Positions 1 to 12,849 of a stretch of DNA of 64,000 nucleotides are shown here, in pieces (positions within the stretch are counted from its first letter, which is position 1; each line of letters opens with the position of its first letter). A program made the translations under genes and the position numbers. This DNA is from Chiloscyllium plagiosum (lineage: Eukaryota), in the NCBI RefSeq assembly GCF_004010195.1, contig NC_057718.1, positions 35,187,777 to 35,251,776 of the forward strand. The letters are read 5' to 3'. The notes beneath the pieces were generated by a model. The model was not told the DNA's origin. It saw nothing but the letters and a program-made list of their open reading frames with translations, and made no database searches.

Positions 1-1567
1 AAAGTTATGCAACAAGATTCTTGTCTACGCTTTCTTTTCAGATATATGTTTACATGAGTGACAACTGTCTAACAAATACTAAACAGAGCCAGTGTGATTT
101 TATTACCATCAAAATAATGAAGACAGATGCAAATGAAAGCCATACAAAATGATGTTTTTTCTGTTTGTAGGTAATGATAGCCATTAAGTGAGTTATATAT
201 ACCATCTTGCAAAGCAAAAACACTGTGGATGTGGATTGTTCCTCTGTAACTCAAGTTTGAGAAAGAAAAACAAAAAGTTGCATATGATTGCAGCCATATT
301 GGATATCCTGTTTAGGGTCTTCAGAGCTTTCATTCTGCAAGCTGATACAGCCACCCTACTGTAAGATCTAGCTGCTTACATACATGCATAAAGATGTACT
401 GATTAAATGTGTGAATATAATTTTTATTCTTTTCACAGAGAAGCATATAAAAAAAATTATGCCACATACCACAGAGTTCCCTCAATGGAAAGTTTTTTTA
501 ATATGTTGAGGTTTGCTACAGACACTGGCTGTGAGCTGAGGTATTTGCTTTGCCTGAGAAACAAGTGTGAACGTATGTGAAAGATCAGCAGGAAATGAGT
601 TAAGATGTGCCAGCATCCTCAGGCTATTACCTATTGTTTATCAGCCACTTGTTGAGGCAGAACTCAAGGAGCTGATGGCATCAAGACTTGATTCAAGATG
701 TTCATATGATTATCGAATGGGGAAATATGGCAATTTGCCCACAATGAGTAGACAATGGGTGTAATTCACTTTGGATTTAATGAATACATAGCAATTCAAT
801 AAGGAAAGTCAGTTGCTAGTAGTGTGTTATTTCTCTTATTTTTGTATTGACTTAACTATCACCAATCATAGGACAAGACCAAACCAATTAGCAGGAAGTC
901 AAAACTAATGCCTGTCCCTTTAAGAAAATTTCGCACAATTCCTGTTTTGTTCCTATAATCTTCTGTATGTTTATGGCTCCCCCATGTGGGCAGCTTCAGT
1001 ATTTTAGCTAGGAGGGCAAATTGGTGAAGTATTTCAATCAACTTGTATTTTGAGTGGTGAGAAGTTACAGGAAGAAAATAAAACACATTACTCAAGAAGA
1101 TTGAGTGGAATATGTACCCAGGACACCCCATTCCTTGATGTTTCTTTACTGGGAAAGTACTCTCCATAACTTATCATGCTAAAGTTAATTAGTTTCAAGA
1201 TTAACATTTTGCAGTCCCTTCGAGGGACAACAATCACAGATAATTTGGCTCGAATATGATTTATGAACCAATCACTCAAAAATGTAACCGAAGTGTCCGA
1301 TTTAAAATCTAGGATGGAAAGACATTTTGACTAACATACTGATCCAAATCCAACAATTAGTTTGCAACATTTCTGGAGCTGGCTTCAGTGCATTTCTGGA
1401 CTAAATTAGATAACTTACCTCATCAACCCAGGATCAATGGAGATTAAAATTGGACAAAGTGTAAACCAGTTTCCTCAAGGCAGGTGAGGTTAAAATTGAC
1501 TGCAGAGTTTTAGCAGCCTTGTCAATGGAACACTACATGGAGACCTCAGCTGGGAGGCCAAGTAACT

Positions 1568-2866
1568 AGAGTCATAGAGATGTACAGCATGGAAACAGAC
1601 CCTTCGGTCCAACCTGTCCATGCCGATCAGATATCCCAACCCAATCTAGTCCCACCTGCCAGCACCCGGCCCATATCTCTCCAAACCCTTCCTATTCATA
1701 TACCCATCCAAATGCCTCTTAAATGTTGCAATTGTACCAGCCTCCACCACTTCCTCTGGCAGCTCATTCCATACACATACCACCCTCTGCATGAAAAAGT
1801 TGCCACTTAGGTCTCTTTTATGTCTTTCCCCTCTCAACCTAAACTTATGCCCTCTAGTTCTGGACTCCCTGACCCCAGGGAAAAGATTTTGTATGTTTAT
1901 CCTATCCATACCCCACATAACTTTGTAAACCTCTATAAGGTCACCCCTCAGCCTCCGATGCTCCAGGGAAAACAGCCCCAGCCTGTTCAACATCTTCATA
2001 TGGCTCAAATCCTCCAACCCTGGCAACATCCTTATAAATCTTTTCTTAACCCTTTCAAGTTTCACAACATCTTTCCGATAGGAAGGAGACCAGAATTGCA
2101 TGCAATATTCCAACAGTGGCCTAACCAATGTCCTGTGTAGCTGCAACATGACCTCCCAACTCATGTACTCAATACTCTGACCAATAAAGGAAAGCATACC
2201 AAACGCCTTCTTCACTATCCATATTCTTCACTGCGACTCCACTTTCAAGGAGCTATGAACCTGCACTCCAAGGTCTCTTTGATCAGTAACACTCCCTAGG
2301 ACCTTACCATTAAGTGTATAAGTCCCATTAAGACTTGCTTTCCCGAAATGCAGCACCTCGCATTTATCTGAATTAAACTCCATCTGCCACTTCTTAGCCC
2401 ATTGGCCCATCTGGTTAAGATCCTGTTGTAATCTGAGGTAACCCTTTTTGCTGTCCACTTCACCTCCAATTTTGGTGTCATCTGCAAACTTACTAACTGT
2501 ACCTCTTATGCTCACATCCAAATTATTTTTGTAAATGACAACAAGTATAGCACCCAGCACTGATCCTTGTGGCACTCCACTGGTCACAGGCTTCCAGTCT
2601 GAAAAACAACCTTCCACCACCACCCTCTGTCTTCTACTTTGAGCCAGTTCTGTATCCAAATAGCTAATTCTCCCTGTATTCCATGAGATCTAACCTTGCT
2701 AATCAGTCTCCCATGGGGAACCTTTTCAAACGCCTTGCTGAAGTCCATATAGCTCACACCTACTGCTCTGCCCTCATCAATTTTCTTTGTTACTTTTCAA
2801 AAAATTTAATCAAGTTTGTGAGACATGATTTCCCACGCACAAAGCCATGTTGACTATCCCTAATCT
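1568..2866 (-). mobile_element. CR1-clade LINE, 5'-truncated, ORF2 RT C-terminal half plus 3' UTR
   Basis: Minus-strand ORFs 2228-2659 and 1646-2215 give SGVPQGSVLG, KFADDTK, WQMEFNSDKC, LVRPLLEYC and RLRGDLIEVYK. The 3' end is a ctctatgactcta microsatellite-like tail. Frameshifted. Confidence 0.95.
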
Positions 2867-3358
2867 GTCGTTGTACTGCACATCAAGCTTTTAAGGTACT
2901 TTGGACCAACAGCTTTTTCCTTCAGTCATTTGTAGAGGTTTAATAGAGTCCAACAATGCTATTTTTCTGGACTGCCAACACTTAAAAGGACAATGAATGG
3001 CAACATTGCAAACATTGAAAAATATTCTGGAGGCAGACAATAAATTGCATGAATATAACCATAATGAATTCTGAATAACATGTTTCACAAACCAAGAATA
3101 GCAAAATCTAAGCACATGACTCCCCTAACACAACAGTCACCTTGCAGCTTTGTTTCTTGAGGGGTTCCTTAACGGTTTGTTTGTGCCATCACGTTGCTGC
3201 AATGATGGAAGGTAATCCTGAAGAAATGTTGTCTCTTTTAAATATTTGAACTTAATAGACCAAGAGGATCTCCTCAGGAAGACAATTAATTAACTTTGAA
3301 AAGGATATCTTTGCCTTGTTCAGATTTCCTGGCTCTCAGCTGACATGAGTTCTGAAGA

Positions 3359-3487
3359 CTAGGCGAAAGTGAGGATGGCAGATGCTGGAGATTAGAGCCA
3401 AGAGTGTGGTGCTGGAAAAGCACAGCAGGTCAGGCAGCATCCGAGGAGAGGAAAATCGATGTTTCGGGCAAATGCCCTTCATTAGGA
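3359..3487 (-). mobile_element. Penelope-like pLTR/3'-end fragment (family A) with 14-bp TSD
   Basis: Matches the sequence next to the PLE RT at 52256-53555. TSD atgagttctgaaga at 3345-3358 and 3488-3501. HHR core degenerate (ctaatga...gaaacatc). Confidence 0.85.
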
Positions 3488-3901
3488 ATGAGTTCTGAAG
3501 AGGCCTTTGGAAGGCCAAACGAGCAGAATTTCAACTTGTTGCTACGGAATCATCGTCCTGCACATTTCCATTGATGTGGGGGGAGATGGTGGAAATCCTG
3601 CAGGCATATCTCCTTCCTTAAAAAATGCAAGATGGAAAATGCATAACGAAATGCTGGTCGACCCAGGAGAATCTAAATCATTTAAATTGGAGTTTGAGCC
3701 ACACTTCAAAGGGAGTAAACGTTTTTTTTACTTTAAATACAACCTGATAGGTGATGCATTACTGCATGGATTTCAGACCAGGCAAGTGTGTACTGTATCT
3801 TTAAATCAGTTTCATAACATCAGAACATGGAACACTGTAGCATGAAAGTTCTCACTTTCAGTCACTTCCAACTCAGTGAAACAGAGAATATGTTCAGTCA
3901 G

Positions 3902-4115
3902 GAGAAAGTGAGGACTGCAGATGCTGGAGTTCAGAGCTGAAAATGTGTTGCTGGAAAAGCACAGCAGGTCAGGCAGCATCCAAGGAGCAGGAGAATCGAC
4001 GTTTCGGGCATGAGCCCTTCTTCAGGAAGAAGGGCTCATGCCCGAAACGTCGATTCTCCTGCTCCTTGGATGCTGCCTGACCTGCTGCGCTTTTCCAGCA
4101 ACACATTTTCAGCTC
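3902..4115. mobile_element. Palindromic Penelope-like insertion (family A) with 15-bp TSD
   Basis: 90-bp inverted arms 3934-4023 and 4026-4115, one mismatch, 2-nt spacer. TSD aatatgttcagtcag at 3887-3901 and 4116-4130. Confidence 0.92.
3994..4028 (-). ncRNA. Minimal type I hammerhead ribozyme motif (PLE-associated)
   Basis: Minus strand reads CTGAAGA-a-GGGC-tcat-GCCC-GAAAC-GTC: CUGANGA core, stem II, GAAA, palindromic ACGT in place of stem III, GUC cleavage triplet. Confidence 0.7.
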
Positions 4116-4150
4116 AATATGTTCAGTCAGTCAGTTACATATGTATAGTT

Positions 4151-4471
4151 GGGGAGGTGATGGCCGAGTGGTATTATTGCTAGACTGTTAACGCACAGAC
4201 TTAGGTAATGTCCTGGGGACCCGGGTTCAAAATGCCACCACAGCAGATGGTGGAATTTGAATTTAATAGAAAATTGGAATTAAGAGTCTAATGATGACCA
4301 TGAATGCATTATCGATTGTTGGGAAAAACGCATCTGGTTCATTAGTGCCCTTTATGGAAGGAAACTGCCATCCTTACCTGCTCTGGCCTACATGTGACTC
4401 CAGACCCACTGCTCTCTGGGCAATAAATGCTGGCAGCGATATGCTCGTCTCGCGGATGAAATCAAAAAAAA
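4151..4471 (+). mobile_element. tRNA-derived SINE (SacSINE1/DeuSINE-like)
   Basis: A box tggccgagtgg, B-box-like ggttcaaaatgcc, central catctggttca...ggaaggaaactgccatccttacc block, caataaatgctggc tail and A-run. Further copies at 23515 and 56245. Confidence 0.8.
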
Positions 4472-4934
4472 TGTAACAGTGATAGTTAGTCAGCACTGAA
4501 CCCAGACTGTGTGTAAGTGTGAGATATCATATGTAAATTGTTAATGTTGTTAATAAACTTCAAGTCATTGGTTTCAACAATGGACTGGGCTTTGTGTAGT
4601 GTTCCCTGTCATATTTCTTATTGACTGTGTGGGTTCCTATAATGCCTGAGTGTAGCTAGAATGTTGCTTTGTGATATATGTTACTTGAATTAACACTCAG
4701 GAAGTCACTGAGACCACTTCAAAATGGCAGTGGTTTTGATCCAAAAAAAAGTCAATAGGTGAGCAATCGAAAATGTGTTAAAAATCAAGCACAAAGCACA
4801 TGTAGCTACTGATCAGCAAACACTCCTCAAGTAACTAACAGCCCAACAACAATTTTCCAGTTTAAGTTGTAAAAACTTCAGTATTCATGTCATGACATCA
4901 GCAATATCTGTTCTGAACTGGCTGAGAATTGAGA

Positions 4935-5620
4935 TGTGGTGGTATGTATCGACTTCAGGAAGTGAAGGGGAGAACTGTCTGTATCAATGTTGCTGAGGTG
5001 CAGGTGTTCGAGACCTTCAAGTCTCTGGGAGTAAATATCATCAATAATCTGTCCTGGCCCATCCATGTCGACATTACAGTCAAGAAACCATACCAAAGCC
5101 TCAACTTCCTCAGGAGACTAAGGAAATTCAGCATGTCCACGATGTTTCTTACTGATCTTTACAGATGCACTATAAAAAGCATCCTATCCGGATGCATCAC
5201 ATAAGGCAACTGCTCCATCCAAAACCACAAGGAATCACAGAGAGTTGTGGATGCAGCCCAATTCATCATGAAAACCAGTCTTCCATCCATTGACTCTGTC
5301 TACACTTGGAAAGCAGCTAATACATAATCAAAGACCCCTCCCACCCCAGTTATACTTTCTTCCACCCTCTTCAATTGGACAGAAGATATAAAAGTTTGAA
5401 AACACATATCAACAGAATTTAAGAATTAATTCTTCCCATCTATTATCAGACCTCTTGTATATTAGAGTTGATCTTTCTCTGCACCTTCTCTATCGCTGTA
5501 ACAATATATTCTGCATTCTGTTCTGTTACTCTGATGTACTTATGTAAGGTGTGATTTACCTGGCTAGCTTGCAAATCAATACTTTTCACTGTATCTCAGT
5601 ACATGATAATCAATCAAATT
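4935..5620 (+). mobile_element. Rex1/Babar-type LINE 3' fragment
   Basis: FKSLGVNIINNLSW...VKKPYQSLNFLRRLRKF...LYRCTIKSILSGCIT is a typical Rex/Babar ORF C-terminus. Ends in an aatcaatcaaat tail. Confidence 0.85.
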
Positions 5621-6480
5621 ATAGAGTCATAAGGTTATACAGCACCCGTCAGCCCAACTTGTGTGCACCCACCAGATATCCTAAACTGATCGAGTCCCAT
5701 TTGCCAGTACTTGGCCCATATCCCTCTAAACCCTTCCTATTCATATACCATCCAGGTGACTTTTAAGTGTTGTAATTATACCAGCCTCCACCACTTCCTA
5801 TGGCAGCTCATTCCTTACACACACCACCCCCTGCATGAAACGTTGCCCCTCAGGTCCCTTTTAAATCTTTCCCCTTTCACCCCAAACCTATGCCATCTAG
5901 TTGTGAACTCCCCTACCCCAGGGAAAATACCTTGGCTATTCACGGTATCCATTCCCCTCATGATTTTATAAACCTCTCTAAGATCATCGCTCAGCCTCTG
6001 ACACGCCAGGGAAAATAGCTCCAGCCTATTCAGCCTCTCTCTTATATCCAATCCCGACAACACCCTTGTAAATCTTTTCTGAACCTTTCAAGTTTCACAA
6101 CATCCTTCCGATATCAAGCTGACCAGAATTGAACATAGTATTCTAAAAGTGGTCTAACCAATGTCCTGTACAGCTGCAACATGATCTCCCAACTCCTTAA
6201 CTCAATGCACTAACCAATCAAGGTAAGCATTCTTCACCATCCTGTCTATCTGCGACTCCACTTTCAAGGAACTGTGCACCTGCATGCTTAGATCCCTTTG
6301 TTCAGCAACAATCCTCATGGCCCTAGAATTAAGTGTATAAGTCCTGCCCTGGTTTGCCTTTCCAAAATGCAGCACCTCACATGTATCTAAATTAAAGTCC
6401 ATCTGCCACTCCTCGGTCCATTGGCCCATCTGATCAAGATCACGTTGTACTCTGAGATAACCTTCTTCAGAGTCCACTAC
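5621..6480 (-). mobile_element. CR1 LINE 3' fragment, related to 1568-2866
   Basis: WQMDFNLDTCEVLHFGK and RERLNRLELFSL; colinear with 1568-2460. Confidence 0.93.
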
Positions 6481-9400
6481 TCTCCTCACAGAACAAGGCA
6501 CAAGGTGAGTGTAGAGTCTTGGTTGGGCTGCTAACATATATAATCCACAACTGAACTGGTGCAGAAGGGGGACATATTTGCCAGAAATAGAAAGAAATAT
6601 ACCTTAAGGAAATACAAAATGAAACAAAGCTCCCCAGGAGAAAGAGAAAATAATGGCGAAAGGAGTAGAGGAAAGCTAATACAAACATGGAAGTGAAACA
6701 TTTGTGGCTGATTCAAAATGCATAGAATTGCGGGTTGTTTTATTGTTGGACTTGTTTTTGCCCTTTGTAGATGTGATCTGGAAATAGATTATGTAAACAT
6801 TGTGTATTAAAACAGAATGATTTTGCATAGGATTAAAATTCCTAACTTCTACTTTGAGACAGGGAGGGTTTGATATATTAATGAGGTAACTATCCTTATA
6901 ATTGTTTACATTGACCAGGTGCGTTTACACAACTATGTCATCTTAATGGCCTAATAAAACTATTGTGACTGTTAAAGTGTGGTTATTTGCTTTCCTGAGG
7001 TGTTTGCTGATAGCATAAATTTGGAGAAGGTGGCATCTGTTTGGGTGAGAAGTCGGCTGGAAAATTCCTGAATAGGAAGTGAGCGGGAAGCCCTGGCATT
7101 CCAGTTTGTCTGAATACTCAGAGTACTCAGAAACAGTCAGCTACTTTATTAACAATGCTGAGGTTCAAACTAGACATTAAAATATCAAGGAAAAGCAGTG
7201 TTAGCAGTTGGAGTTGCCTAGAAAGAAACACAATAACAAAGCAAATAAGCCAACCCATAAAAGACCCCATGGCAGAAACTTGGGTCGTGTATAAAGTAAG
7301 TCACAGAAGCTCATTTCAAGACCTATGCTAAAGACATAATATCCAGTTCAAATCAAAGGGAATCATTATGTTATACTCCCCGGTTGTGGTGATGGACAGT
7401 TAGATCAAGCAGACAGCATGCCTGAAAGTTACTCAGGGCTACATTTGGAGTGAGCAGTGATACTATTGTGAAGTGAATATTTAAGATTGACACAGCCTTG
7501 TAACATAGGTCTTAATGTTGACCTATTTTCCAAAGGAAGGTATGGGACACATGGTCCATGTTGAATTGCCCTCACAGATACTATTGATGGAAGGTGATAT
7601 GAACATTGGAGCAATGTACTGCATTCTCTCTTTGAACAGGAGCAGTCCTGGGCCTCTACCTCAGTAACAAAGTGTAGCATTTCTTTGAAATGCTCCCACT
7701 GTTGCTACTGAAGGCTTTGAAATTCAACTACAAGCAACAGTCATAAAGATCCACAGAACAAGTAGAAGATGATTATGCACAATCATCCGAAAGTGACTCA
7801 GAGATGTCATAGATGCTCACTATGCTGTACTCATGTTGATGAACAGCGATCTTAAGGCCAGACTATCCAGCAATATCACGAGTGAGTAGCATAAAAGAAA
7901 TTGTTTGATGCATATTGTGGAAGCAATTCTGTGCTAATGCAGACTCTACCCAAGTGAACTTTGGCACCATCTTGAGAAGGAAGAGCTCTCAACCTCTCCA
8001 ACAAAATAACTTTATCATGGTTAGTTGCAGATCCGAGCAGTGAGGCTTCAGTATCCTCTGGTACTGGTTGAAACCTGTTACTGATTCAACTAAGGCCAAC
8101 AAATAATTAAAACATTGACATTCAGAGTGTACAAAGGTAACAAGCTGCAGAAAATCATGTTAAAGCATAAAAATCATGGATTGAAAGTGAAGCAGACTAT
8201 TTACTATGTACCTTGTTTCAAATTGTCATTCTTTCAATGTGCAAAAAATTTATTGCTTATTGTCCAAAAAGGGAATTCAATAGAAGATAGACAGTTCATT
8301 GAATCCAGAATCACATCATCAATTACTTGAGCATCACCGAAATGCAGTTTATGCTTTGATGTTACCATGGAGCAAAGCATAGTGAAAGGCCCTAAATTCA
8401 CAGAATGGGGACAAAACCACATTTGTTGGCATTATTCTGAAAGACACACTAGCCAATTAACCAAGTGAGATAATTGACACCCTCTAAACCTCCAAATGCT
8501 GTTTTACCTTGGTAGCGCATCAAGGATTGAAATCCCTGGTTCTCCATTGTGCCTTTCTCTAGCCCTTCTCAGGTATTGTGTGACAGTCCGGAAGCCAGGC
8601 TTGGAGCACCTACTCATACTTCCAAAAATCTAATTATCCATGTTCCTTCCTCCTTCTGAAAGCAGCGACAGATTTGTCCACCTTTTGCTTGGAGGCTACA
8701 TTCACAGGAAGATTACCTTTCGATTTTAGACCCACTAGACTTAATATTAGTGACATGAATAGCTATGTGCATACATTGAACACGCCTGTCCTATAAGAAA
8801 AGATTTGGCTACTTGCTGTTCCCGGTTTATGTTGGATGTGTGGCAACATATCTGTCAATGTTTTCCTAATGGAATGATGAAAAGCTTTCCAGTTCTTCAA
8901 ATGACCCCTGTGGGTACTCAGAATGATCTGCTATTAAAAGATGTTGAAGGCTTATGCACCTTTTTTAATCACAAGGTGTAAATCAGTCACAGTTTTTCTG
9001 CTTAGCCTGAATCCATTCATCGTCCAATGCACAGACGTATATGATGCTGTTGTGATTATGTTTCCCATGAACTTTGCATCTTAAATGCTCTGTATTATCC
9101 AGTTTAATCAGTGTGATAGTGGAGAGGTGAAATCTTGTTCTTGATGAATTCTAGGGACAGGATCTTTCGCCATACATGACACCATGCAAGGAGGTGGATG
9201 AATGAAGGATTAGGATAAAAGTTGACAGGCAATACTCATCTTCAAGCAAGCCAAACATGTCCCTCCCCTCACAAAAAATGGTTTGGGGGATTAAGCTTGC
9301 TGCATTGATGTAGCCTCCTTATGACAGACTGGGGCCAGCAGTCCAGGAAGGCTTTGAGACCCTTCCCATTCACCCAGTTATAGCTGCAGCACAAAGGTCC

Positions 9401-10890
9401 TGCCTGAGGAGGCCATTCTTTTAAATGTAAAGGTTTAAAAGTTTAGAGAAATGGTGTGTCAATATGAAAGCAACATCTCCCCCACCCCCACTTTTTTTCA
9501 CTGAACCACAGGCTTCCTCCCTTCCAAGTTGGAGGCTCTTCGACTTTGAAAGCCATCACACTATCCTTAATTAATCAGCAAGAGTGGCGCCTGGCCATTA
9601 ATTGACCAATGTGAGAAATCTAACTGTGTGGTTTCTACACAGCGTGGGGTTCTGACTCCCAAGGGACCCTGACATTCAGGTGCCGTTACAGGGTGACATA
9701 TTGCTCAATTCTTAGAAATTAATTTTTCAATCAAAACGATTCCAATAGCAATCAAAAGCACGTATTGTTCATTCTGCTCAAAGTGCATGTCTACTTCACT
9801 GCTTAAAATGAACAAACTGGACACAGTGATTGATGCTTATATGGAATTGCCCATAATCTTATTGGAAGACGGGTGTTGTCTCCCAAAAGTTGGTAACAGT
9901 GCAGGAAACAGTTTAAACTTGAGGAGGCAGCCCTTGGAAGCTGGTTCACTCTGTTTGTTTCCAAGAGAGGCAGTGAGTAACATTCTTAGTTCTGTGCAAA
10001 TGGCTATAGATCACTCAACTGACTATGATCTGATGGTACCTGTCTTTCATTCCAGATTTATATGGCGACAGATAGGAAGATGTTATGATAATGTTTAAGC
10101 TGGATGGAATTTCAGACACAGCCTAGGGCAATAATTTAAGTTGTAGTCTGAGCATAGTTCTCTAGCTTTGCCAGGTATCATAGCAATTGTTCAGTGACTA
10201 ATGCCCTTTCCACACTTGCAAAATTACCCTGGTATGTAACTAATTACATAACTATAGTCTAACACTTGGGAGCGTAAACTGCAGAGGTGCAGCACCATTC
10301 TTAAAGCTGCATGAATTGGTAATCATTAAGCTTACAATATAACTAAATTACTGCAGTTTATCTTCAGCAAATAATTGACAATGGTGTCACAGATGTCTTT
10401 GAAATAATAGATGTGGCAAGATCACAACTACATGTGCTTGAGAGAAAATCTTCCATGTTTTAAATTGTATTGAGTGATTTTTCTTTCTGTCAATACAACT
10501 GTTACATTGAATCCTTCTCAATGAAAAACCAGAACTGAGTGTGCATGCATGGGCTGAGAATATTGTGCACACTGCTGTGAAGAGGTCATGTTATAAGATG
10601 GGTGTGTAAATGCTGATCAGAAGAAGAGAGATAAGTAAATTACTCGGTAATGTCTCCAGGATATGTCTGTTTGTTTCTGGACTGTTCGTTTTCCTCAGTA
10701 CAAGTGCTGTAACAATGGCAGTTCCTTAGGTGAGGAGCGTAGTGTTGTAGAACATCCTTACCTCAAAGATGATGCCATCAATGTTTTGCTTTCAAACTGG
10801 TGCAACAAAATCTATAAAATAGGAATTTCAAATTTTGACAGTTGCTTCAGGTCAGAAATTTTAACATTAGCCTAGCTTAAATATTACAGA

Positions 10891-11120
10891 CAAATAAAAG
10901 CGATACACTGTGGATGCTGGGACTGAAATGAAAACAGAAAGCTTTTGGAGAAACTTAGCAAGTCTGGCTACATCTTTACAGAGAAAACAGAGCTAATGTT
11001 TCAGGTTCAGAATGATTCTTCTTCAGCAAGTGTTTTATTTTGTTCAAAGCATTAACTCTATCCCTGTCTCTACAGCTGTTGCCAGACCCGTTGAGTTTCA
11101 CCAGCATTTTCCGCTTTTAT
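10891..11120. mobile_element. Old, diverged inverted Penelope-like pLTR pair (family B)
   Basis: ggatgctgg...aaaacagaaag...gcaagtctggctacatct...gagctaatgtttc is mirrored by cattaactct...ttgccagacccgttgagtttcaccagcattttc. Related pieces at 37225 and 49290. Confidence 0.65.
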
Positions 11121-12849
11121 GAAATATTACATTGGCCAGATACTGTTTCTGCTTTAATGAGTGAATTTGCTCAAAGCTTTGTCTACTCTGTTGCCATAAC
11201 TTCAGTGGGAATGTGGAAGAATCCCTGTTCATGTGCAGAAATGGGGTTTCCATCAACTTAAGACAATGAAGGAGGAGCATTCACCCTCACAGTTTTAGTA
11301 TCAATGTCAAATAGATTTAAGAGGATACTACTGCACTCATGTAAAATGTTGAAATCATCCCAAATTATAAGCCTCCCCTTTTCTGAGGATGCAGCACAAG
11401 GTTCTTACTGTTCGGGGAATAGCAGAAACAAGCAAACTCATATAAATGCAACTCGGGAAATGAAGAGGAAAATAACATGTACTTATATTCCAATGACCTC
11501 AGTGGGATAAAGATTCCCAATGGTGTTAAGTACCATTTTGAAGCAATTTTTGTTGTCTCATGATCAGGGAGGAAATTACTTTAAATTTCCTGTAATGTGT
11601 GTGGCCATTTCTCTACTGTTCTGTTTAACTCTCATATGCCAGTTTATAAATGTCAAAAATATATTTAAATTAGCCTGGTGATGTCCTATTCAGCACTGTC
11701 AATCTTTGCCTTGCACGCTGAATCGGGAAGTTCTTTTTTTTAATGCCATGCAGTTGACAGGAGCAACACAAATAAAGTCTTGTCCTGAAATGTGTCCTTT
11801 TACTGAGTCTCCTTTGAAAGAATAGAATGCCTCATGCAAACATTCAGATGAGATTGGCACTGAGACTTCATCTGACAGATTGGAAGGATGCGACAAAAAT
11901 GTGCAAGGGTGGGGAGTGTGGTTGCAGGGCTGTGGGTAAGTCTTCTTCCCTATCCTTTGCCATTTATTATAACAAACCTTTTCAGTGATAGACATTCTTT
12001 ATGCCAGAATTCTATCAATCATCCTGTGTCTGTTCAATCTGCTCCTTTTAATAACGAGGACATCAGTTGAAAGCAGAGTGAGGCGAGCTGCCAAAGTCTC
12101 TGCTTTTGGCAGAGTTGGTCCTCCCGCTGTAGCAAAGTGAATGAATGAGACTGCGGGAGGGAGAAGAGACAAGAGAACTATGGTTTCCATGGCTAGGATC
12201 AAGCAATTCAAATCAGCCAAACTCCCTCTTTCATCAGTGCTGTAATGACCCTGGGAATCTGAGAGAAAGGGGAATGTGTACAGGATGTGTTGGCCCTTGC
12301 CAAGATGTGGACATGATAGTGAATGACAAGGTTGGTATACCCTGGGATAGGAGACTCTCAAATTATTTTTGCTTGAAGAGAGAGGGCTGTTCCAGGTAGT
12401 TCATTTAACAAGCAGGTCTGCCATGCTCTGAATATAAGAAAATCCTGTGTTTTTTTATAATCTGACCTGGAAAAGCACTTTACAGAGGGGGAGTGAGAAT
12501 TAGGACAGGTGAACTAAAGCTTGGCTGAAAAATTTGGGAGAGCTACTAAAGATGGACTGAGAGGCAGAAGGATTTGAAGAAAGAGTTCCAAGCCTTAATA
12601 GGGCCGTAATGTCTGTTCACCCTGTAAGTGTAATAGTGCTGGAGAAGGGTGATGCAGGCATGGAGAGGAAACCTGATTCCGAGGATCAGAGGATGTAAGA
12701 GTAAGGACGTTAGGTTGGAAATAGGACTTTGAATAGGCCCATGCATGTAATCCAAGCAATGATTTTCAATGCAATGTATCTTGAGGATAAGGAAGTCATT
12801 CTCTGTGTCTGTTTCAGATTTCAGCAAAAGCAGCATTTTGTTTTCACTA

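Noticed and set aside
1410..1500. Minus-strand exon ending at the donor aggtaagt
   Set aside because: All three frames from the nearest acceptor contain stops.
4151..4240. tRNA gene
   Set aside because: The A and B boxes belong to a SINE head; there is no cloverleaf.
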